Positions 12,765-20,000 of a stretch of DNA of 20,000 bases are shown in pieces; position 1 is the stretch's first letter; every line of letters begins with the position of its first letter. The stretch is taken from assembly GCA_051453625.1 (NCBI GenBank), contig JBOZIK010000001.1:3656479-3676478 (forward strand), in the 5' to 3' direction. The DNA comes from Welwitschia mirabilis. Lineage: Eukaryota. The notes beneath the pieces are model-generated. The model searched no databases. It was not told the origin of the DNA and worked only from the letters and a program-made list of their open reading frames with translations. The position numbers and the translations under genes were made by a program.

Positions 12765-13750
12765 TAATGAGGATTTTTTAACTTAGAGGGGAGGGGTAAA
12801 TGAGTTTAACCAAATAAAAATTTAATGGCTAACAAATAAAATTCATAATAAAGACCTTATCAATTTATGAGGTTTTCCAATATAGGTACATTCATACATA
12901 TAAGGTAGCCTTTCTTAAAACCTGTAGATATTTTTAACTGACAAAATAGTGGATTTTAAGCAATGCTAACCTTACAACCAAATGTAATTTTTCCTTAAAG
13001 TAGAACTCTGTTTTCCTTAGGGATTAAAACAAATCTATATCCACTAGTACTCTTAAGTACTTAATTAATCACAACCAGAACACTCATACAAGGATTACCT
13101 TAGACCTTGGAATTTCCAAGTTAGGGAGCTTAGAAAGAAAATAAACTAAATTATTTTAGAGTAAAAATTAAGAGATTCAATAATTACATAATCCTACAAT
13201 GAAGTAACAAATCTATAATGAAAGAAAAACAATCCTAAGATGATGTAACAATTTTAGTTTCTTGAGTTCTTCTTGATGTAGTCACCCACAATGATCTAAT
13301 AACATAGCTGTAGTCATGGATGTGCTAGAGAGCATACGATGTCTTTACAATAGATTTCATCTTGTATAGTTCTAATCAATCATTTAAGTAATATTCCATC
13401 TTCATTCTTTATGCCTTTTATACCTATAAGTATTCTTAATCTTTACCTTAATGAGATAACTATTTAAAATATTTTAAACACAACCCAATAGTTATAAATA
13501 ACTAGTTTTAATCATTTAATGGCTAATTTTATTTTGTTTCAATTTTTTGAACAAACCGCTTCACTATGGTAAATGTCTCTCATAGGTAGACATGTTTAAC
13601 ATTAAAGGAATCTTTAGTCAACTTGCTAAGATTCTAATATGCTTTGAATTATTGAGTCCCTAATCCTTAGGCATTAATAATTCATTATGTAAAACTTACC
13701 TAAATCCTTAAAAAAATAATTAATTCATCCTTATTATATTACTAGCATAA
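12765..13750 (-). mobile_element. older copia/Sirevirus-like LTR remnant
   Basis: CTTAGAGGGGAGGGGTAAATGAG (12782-12804) resembles the terminal motif CCTAGAGGAGGGTGAATAGG of the adjacent LTR. Minus-strand TATAAAAGGC at ~13413-13422. Boundaries approximate. Confidence 0.45.
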
Positions 13751-14976
13751 TGAAAGTAGAGGATCGACCCTAGAGGAGGGTGAATAGGCCTTTAAAAATC
13801 AATTTCTATAGTCTTCACAACTTGCAAATAAAACATGTAAAGATGCACATAAATGTAAGATATTTAATGGTATATAGACATCAACCTTTAGACCCTTAGA
13901 CCTCCTATCCTTGGCTGGCATATATTAGCCTTCAATATTAGTTTTTAGGCTTATTAATTAACTTATTACAAGTTTATAGGATTTTATGGCTGATCCTCAA
14001 CCATAGAAGAATGGAAGAAAAGAGAATGCACTGATTTGCTCTCAAAGGTACAACAATCTCTTCTTCAAAGTATATGCAATGATAGATTTAATTAGAAATT
14101 TGAACTTGAAACTAGTTTAGATATAATGATAAAATAATATGATATATCTTCCTTTTCAATCTTTGATCTTACAAGAAAAGGGTGTCTTTCTTTATGATGG
14201 TGAAATGAACCATTGTATTTTTTGATGAACCGTTGCACCTTTTTGATGAACCATTGAAAATGTAATAGTTAAATTTTTACTTCGTATGGTTGATCTTGAT
14301 ATAGTACTTAGTCACCTGACCATCTAGTCATCCTTATTTCTAAACTTCAGTCATCCTTTTTTTCCACAGATTCTTCAGTATAGAACAGATTCATCTTCGA
14401 TTGACCTTATGATTATCTACGATTGACCTTAACTCAGTTTCTCTGATATGATTACTCAATAGACCTTGTGAGGATATATTTTGAGCAAAATGCAGTTGCC
14501 TAAAATTATATCATTCACTTGCCCTTGCTTTTAGCAAACTTAGGATTCACTGATTATCATGCGATCTCCCATCTGTAACTTGTTGATCACCTGCTATATC
14601 ATCAAACTAAACTTTGTAGATTGTAATGCAGTTGCCTATGTTAGTTTCACGATCGAATGTGTTTAGCCCACTTCTTACAAATAAGCTTAAATTAGATCTC
14701 CCGAATATGAGTTTTTGTTTACCCATTCTTGAACTGATCCTCTTTTTGATGAATCAGCTTGGTCGCCTATTCTGTAACCAGTCATTTTATTTATCTACAT
14801 CAGTTCAGTTGCCTGATGTTCTATATGAGGTCACTCAATTCTAAAGAAGTTTCATAGTTCTTTAATAGGTCAATCGCTTAGTATTAGGATTCAGTCAATC
14901 AATGCTAGAAAATCTCTACACAATTGACTAACCATAAAAACTTGCTAATTTGATCAATGATAATGGATTCTTAACA
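13751..14976 (-). repeat. 3' LTR of the Sirevirus element (~1226 bp, TG...CA)
   Basis: On the minus strand it begins TGTT at 14976 directly after PPT+TT. It ends ...CCTATTCACCCTCCTCTAGGGTCGATCCTCTACTTTCA at 13751. The partner LTR is not in the window, so the ends are motif-based. Confidence 0.8.
14205..14256. repeat. 2.5 copies of a 20-21 bp tandem repeat inside the LTR
   Basis: atgaaccattgtattttttg / atgaaccgttgcacctttttg / atgaaccattg. Confidence 0.8.
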
Positions 14977-15247
14977 AACTCCTCCTTTATCATTGATTGA
15001 GGAAAAATAATAATTTGACATATGGGTTCTCTCTTAACTCATTTAACTTTAAAATCAATTAAATTTATATGAGTCTTGCATGAAAGAAATCTAGTAAAGA
15101 TAAAAGAGATTTTCATAATAAAAATACTTCTTTGTATTACTCAAAAAGTTTACATTACATCATGAAAGGTGCATTTTTACTATAAAGCATAAAGAAGTGA
15201 CAAAAAGTAACAACATAAGGACAAATTATTCTCTCCCTTTTTGATGA
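14977..15247 (-). promoter_or_regulatory. terminal polypurine tract plus upstream PPT-like copies
   Basis: Minus strand AAAGGAGGAG (14988-14979) abuts the LTR. Further copies: TTAAGAGAGAA (~15037-15027) and TCATCAAAAAGGGAGAGAA (~15247-15229). Confidence 0.75.
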
Positions 15248-15304
15248 AATCAAGGATAGGGAGGATAAAGAAAAACTAGAAAACAAAGAAAAAGACACAT
15301 AGAT

Positions 15305-16300
15305 TTAATCAGATTTAGAGAACTCAGAAGACTGGGTACCCTCACTTTGAGAGTTGTTAGCAATTAGAGTACCATTGACAATGAGTGCCTCTTTGATATG
15401 ATGAATCTGTGAGTTACTATAATGTAGAAGATGAAGGATTTTCAGGGTCTAAGAGGCCTTGACCTTAGTCCTAGAAGGAGCAGCTAGTTCTTCAAAAATG
15501 TGCATCCTGAACAAGGTAGCATGATCAATAGACCTCATGGGATTCTGAGTCTCCTACCTAACCAGATGAGGAATATCGAAGTGATGACAATTCAATATGA
15601 TAAGGAAGTGATATGTTAGGGCACACCTTTTTTGAGGCTAAAGCTGGTTGGACATGTGCTTTAGCATGGTTTCAGGAGCATCAATGTTTCTTCTCCTGTG
15701 AGTGCGTAAAATAGGAAGACCCAATAATTGGAAAGCTTATCTTTGTACCCAGTAACTGGCAAAAAGTTTTATGACATAATGAAGTGTAGTAACCGAAATA
15801 TTAGAAGAATCTGGAAAGAGTGTCTTCTTTCAAGTGATATATGTGCCATAAACATGTTAAGTGATCATGTTCTTTTCCTTAAAAGATTCAGCCATAGGCC
15901 GATATTAACCCTAGTTTCTTCTGGGAAGCCCAGTGAGAAAAGCTATCAGATCTGTAGTGATGTGCATTTCTTAGTCAAAGACTAAAGTAATGAAAGTATA
16001 TTGAGAGGCATCAAATCTAGCATTTGAATAAAATAATCTAGTAACCAAAGGATAGCAGGTGCTAAAAGCATTAAAAAAATATTCCCAATTGACCTCTTCT
16101 AGCAAAGTCTAGATCTTCCTCAAGCTTAGAAATTACACAGGCTCATAGGTTCTTTCCAAGGCTATGGGGCTAGTTTTACAATGATTTTTAAAATACCTCA
16201 GTTGCTCAGTGCTCATCCTAGAGAACACATAACTGAGAGGTTTGATAGCTACCTTCTTTTTTCTCTTTCTGTATCCCTTTCTTGGTTGCTGAGATGCCAT
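15305..16300 (-). pseudogene. env-like extra ORF of the Sirevirus element (plant transposon ORF family), disrupted
   Basis: ATG at 16300 begins MASQQPRKGYRKRKKK. Later: WEYFFNAFSTCYPLVTRLFYSN, ITTDLIAFLTGLP, RLLHFIMS*NFLPVTG, ALTYHFLI, IDHATLFRM; TAA at 15305-15307. Several stops and at least two frameshifts. Lies between pol and the 3' LTR. Confidence 0.75.
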
Positions 16301-16470
16301 TTTAAGCCTAGATCTGAGAGAAAAAACACAGAAAAAGTTGAAGATGGCTCCCCTAAAAGCTCATAAAATGACAGATGAAGAAAATACAATGAGGAAAAAG
16401 ACAAAAGATGGATGGATTTTAAAAATCCATAGTGCACCACCTTAAACGCAGGAAACCAAATGTTAAGATC

Positions 16471-16817
16471 AGTCGACCCATGTAAAATTTTAAAACCTAA
16501 AATAGTAAGACGATGGTTGATCTAAAGATGAATGCAGTTGATCCTATGTGACCAAAATCTGATAACCGAAACCAAATCAAACTTGATTGACCTAGAATTA
16601 AGATGAGGTCAACCTGATGTAACTTGAAATGACACTTAATGAGGTTGACTGGAGGAGAATAGACTGTCAACCCAGTTACTACAAGATAGTACAGGAAAAA
16701 GTAGGACTAGATCAATTAACCCAATAGTATGGTTGGTGATCCAGTGAAGATAAAAATTTAACAGTAGGAAAAACTAAAAGATAAGCAGTCATCCCACTTT
16801 AAAAAGAAGGTCGACCA
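16471..16817. repeat. array of degenerate GTCGAC-type palindromes in the pol-env spacer
   Basis: agtcgaccc 16471, ggttgatct 16515, agttgatcc 16536, gattgacct 16585, ggtcaacct 16607, ggttgactg 16643, tgtcaaccc 16665, aattaaccc 16714, ggtgatcc 16735, agtcatcc 16787, ggtcgacca 16809. Confidence 0.65.
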
Positions 16818-16859
16818 AGGTTTAAACTTATATGAAAATTAAAAGTTTGAACCCCTTAA

Positions 16860-17075
16860 CTAAACTTTATTATTTAGATGAGCTAGGTTTAGTAAGTTCT
16901 TCTCAAACTTGATACTTAGAAAATAATAAAGAGTTGAGAAATAATCTGACGATAAAGGTTTCATAAAGACACTGGCTAGTTGATCTTCAGAACACACATA
17001 TTCTAGAGTAATGATTTTCTTTTTTATTAATTCTCAAATAAAATGATACCTGGTATTGATGTGCTTTATCAATTC
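16860..17075 (-). pseudogene. pol: C-terminal remnant of RNase H (N-terminal part deleted)
   Basis: KHINTRYHFI*ELIKKKIITLEYVCSEDQLASVFMKPL matches copia KHIDIRYHFIRE...QLADIFTKPL. The upstream YSDAD/RKSTSG/AEY motifs are absent. Confidence 0.85.
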
Positions 17076-17104
17076 TCAAGTAAAATGATACCTGATAAGT
17101 ATGT

Positions 17105-18070
17105 TAAAATGATACCTGACATACAAACTAATACTAAAAGCTATATCTAGATGACTAGCTATTAGATATAATAGACTTCCAATAATGCTATGATATACCT
17201 TTTGATCCACATCCTTATCATTTTCATCAAGAGAAATTTTGATATTTCTGGCCATTGGAGAGTCCATACATTTTGCATTTTCTATTTTGAATTTTTTTAT
17301 TAAATCCAAGGAGTATTTATTCTAATTTATAAAAATACCATGTTGTTGTTGTTGAATTTGTATACCTAAAAAAATATTTACTGGTCCAACCATGCTCATT
17401 TCAAACTTTAAACTCATTAGATTTGCAAAATCATTTGACAAATTGACATTTGTTGATCCAAAAATAATATCATCTACATAGATTTGAATCAAAATTAAAT
17501 TATTATTTAAAACTTTTCTAAATAAAGTTCTATTAATGAAGCCTCTAGAAAAACCATGTTAAAGTAAAAAAGAGGAAATCTTTTCATACCAAGCTCTGGG
17601 AGTTTGTTTTAATCCATACAAGGTCTTGTTAATTTTATACACATAATCAGGTTTATGAGAATCAGAGAAGCCTTGAGGTTGCTTTACATACATAAACTTC
17701 TTCTTCAATGTGTCTATTAAGAAAAGCACTCTTTACATCCATTTGAAAGACTTTCATTTTCTTATAGTAAGTAAAAGATAGAAACATCCTTATTGATTCT
17801 AATCAAGCAACCAGTGAAAAAATGTCTCCACAATCTACTCCTTCTATTTGAGAGTACCCTTGAGTCACTAGTCTAGCTTTGTTCTTTGTAATCTCATTTT
17901 TTGTCATTTACTTTATTTCTGAAAATCCACTTTATGCCTATGACATTCTTCCCTGTTGGTTTTAGAACAAGTGACCATACTTGATTTCGAAAGAATTTTT
18001 CAAGTTCTTCTTACATTGCATTGATCCAACAGGGATCAGATTTAGCCTCCTTAAAGGTTTTTGGTTCCAC
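17105..18070 (-). pseudogene. pol: copia reverse transcriptase, with stops and frameshifts
   Basis: EPKTFKEA..DPCWINAM*EELEKF.RNQVWSLV, KWIFRNK, KARLVTQGYSQ, FQMDVKSAFLN, YVKQPQGF, LYGLKQTPRAWY, QIYVDDIIFGSTN (YVDD at 17469-17480), IIGSLLYLIASHLDIAFS. Frameshifts near 17900 and 17690. Confidence 0.93.
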
Positions 18071-18249
18071 TTGAGATAAAAGAGAAACATGAGTACTAAA
18101 GTTTTTAAGAGAGTTTCTAGTGATATTGCCTTGTTGAACATTTCCAATGATAGAGTCTAGACAATGATCCTTGAGTTCCTTGATTTCTGGGGTTGCCTTA
18201 TTTTTTGAGTTATATTCATTTTGATTGATAGAATAGGAAAGAATTAGAT

Positions 18250-19140
18250 ATTCATCAAGGTTAATAGATTTCGAGGTATCTGAAACATCATGGATTTTTA
18301 CATTAATCAATTCTTCCATATGTAAAGTACATTTGTTAAACACTCTATAAGCTCTACTTGATTGAGAGTACCCCAAAAAGATTCTTTTATGTGATTTAGA
18401 ATCAAGTTTTTCTAATTCTTCCTTATCTCTTAGAATGAAGCACTTACTTCCAAAGGTTTTGAAGTAAGATATATTTGGTTTCTTTCCTTTCCAAATGTCA
18501 TAAGGAGTTTTAGAAGTTCCAGATCTTAAATACACTCTATTTGAAATATGACAAGCTGTATTCACTGCTTTAGCCCAAAACCATTTTAGAATATCCTTGT
18601 TATTTAACATAACTCTTGCCATATTTAGTAAATTTCAATTTTTCATTTTAACTATTCCAATTTGTTGAGGGGTTTTAGGAGCTGAAAATTCATGTTCAAT
18701 TCCATTAGAGTTGTAATATAGTTCAAATCTTTCATTCTCAAACTCTTTACCATGATCACTTCATATTTTCTTTATTACATATCTCTTTTCAATTTGAAGA
18801 TTCTTATAAATTCTAATGAAATTTTCATGCACATCAGATTTTGCATGAAGAAAAGCTACCCACAAAAATCTAGAAAAGTCATCAACCATAACTATAAAAT
18901 ATCCTTTTCCGGATAGATTAGTAGTTTGAATAGGCCCAATCAAATTCATATGAATTAAATCTAAAGGTTTACTAGTGGTGATGTCACTAATATTTTTGTG
19001 AGACGTTCCAGTTTGTTTTCTTTTTTGGCAAGCATCACATAATCCTTTATGAGAGAAAGAAATTTTAGAAAGGCCCCTAAGTATCTCATCATAATATAAT
19101 TTCTTCAACGAATTAAAATTGATGTGACCTAAACATTAAT
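18250..19140 (-). pseudogene. pol: copia integrase (GAG-pre-integrase HHCC plus core), inactivated
   Basis: WH*CLGH...CDACQK, PLDLIHMNLIGP, VMVDDFSRFLWVAFL, I*SDHGKEF, FSAPKTPQQIG, MARVML, FWAKAVNTACHISNRV, KTPYDIWKGKKPNISYF, IFLGYSQSSRAYRVFN. Several in-frame stops. Confidence 0.93.
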
Positions 19141-19530
19141 GCCAGATGACGTCTTCTTGAGTATGTGAATAGAGACAAGTATAATTATTGTATTGGTTTA
19201 CACAATACATATTTTCGTGTCTATTCACTACAAGTAAAAGTTGATCTATTTTACCGTGTTTCACAATACACTTATTTTCATCAAAAAATACTTTATAACC
19301 TTTATCACAAATTTGACTAATTCCTAACAAATTATACTTTAATCCATTGACAAATAATACATTGTGAATATTAGGTAAGTTACCTCCACCAACACTTCCA
19401 ATGCCTCCAATCTGAGCTCTTCCATTGTCTCGAAAAATCACTTCTCCTCCATTGTATTCCTTGAAGTTGATGAAGTTGGACTTGTCACCTGTCATATGTC
19501 TAGAGCAACTACTATTCAGATATCAACAAG
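19136..19530 (-). pseudogene. pol: copia aspartic protease region, inactivated
   Basis: Reads C*YLNSSCSRHMTGDKSNF (consensus WYLDSGCSRHMTG), then GGEVIF..N...IGGIG and NVLFVNGLKYNLLGISQICDKG. Confidence 0.9.
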
Positions 19531-19555
19531 AATGATTAGTTACTTTTAAAGCTGT

Positions 19556-20000
19556 TTAAATTAATAGGCTTTTATTTGCGGATTTTAGGATCCACCTTAG
19601 GCATTTGTTTTTGCTCGCATGTTGATTCAATTTTTGAGAAAAAATAAACTTTGACCCTAACATGGAGTGAGGAAACCAACTTTTGCGAAAAATACAATCA
19701 ATCTTAGAATACCCCTTTTTGTTGCAATAATGACAGGTAATATTTGCTAAAGAGTATTTGAAGTTTACTTTAGACAAAGGTTTGAGATACGAACTATAAT
19801 AAGAGTTAAACAAACTAGGAAACAATTTTCTAGGGACTTTTTCTTTAATCTGATAGAAGGTTGAGGCAAGGTTATTCTTAAGATCTTTAATTTTCTTTTT
19901 TCTAATCTCAATCTAATCTAGAAGACTTTTATTTTCTTTTCTCAGATTGTTTACTCTATGAGTCAAATTTTGACATTCCAAATATAGTTTCATTTCTATC
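19556..20000 (-). pseudogene. gag: gag remnant (K/E-rich segment plus degenerate CCHC zinc knuckle)
   Basis: ORF 19556..19825 contains CHYCNKKGYSKIDC (CX2CX4HX4C with H>Y). It is in the same frame as the downstream protease and integrase; in-frame stops lie upstream. Confidence 0.8.

Larger units (their letters stand above)
13751..20000 (-). mobile_element. Ty1/copia LTR retrotransposon, SIRE/Sirevirus (Maximus)-type, degenerate; 5' part lies beyond the window end
   Basis: Minus-strand order gag-PR-INT-RT-RH (copia order), then an extra ORF, multiple PPTs and an LTR. SIRE-typical motifs: KDHxxDxIIG...TR, SQVEPK..EA, QIYVDDIIFGSTN, and the C-rich LTR end CCTATTCACCCTCCTCTAGG. Confidence 0.92.

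Noticed and set aside
14626..14844. 72-aa plus-strand ORF
   Set aside because: Lies antisense within the LTR and has no recognisable motif; a chance ORF.
15728..16440. ORFs 15728..15985 (+), 16181..16366 (+) and 16249..16440 (-)
   Set aside because: Antisense or off-frame shadows of the disrupted env-like ORF and its leader.
16471..16817. Spaced repeats as a CRISPR-like array
   Set aside because: The cores are only ~8 bp and degenerate, the context is a plant retrotransposon, and there are no cas genes.
17962..18147. 61-aa minus ORF
   Set aside because: Alternative frame overlapping the real integrase-RT linker frame.

Overview
Very AT-rich, plant-type heterochromatic window with no intact gene. 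The right third (13751-20000, minus strand, running off the window) is a decayed Ty1/copia LTR retrotransposon of the SIRE/Sirevirus (Maximus) type. It shows gag zinc knuckle, protease, integrase and RT remnants, an RNase H that is mostly deleted, and a dead env-like extra ORF (~15305-16300) that the ORF track misses. It also has several polypurine tracts and a 1.2-kb 3' LTR (13751-14976). Both the pol-env spacer and the LTR carry eroded GTCGAC-type palindromes in pairs spaced 21-22 bp. On the plus strand, ~8.65-12.7 kb holds a heavily degraded LRR receptor-like kinase pseudogene (LRR, cap, TM and kinase motifs in order; LRR-XII-like), also absent from the ORF track. It is interrupted by insertions and abuts an older LTR-like remnant. 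The left part has a ~480-bp diverged direct repeat, probably two LTR relics, around a 100-N gap. I see no clear evidence of a new biological system; the best leads are the hidden fossil genes and the element's regulatory architecture. All translations and alignments were done by eye.
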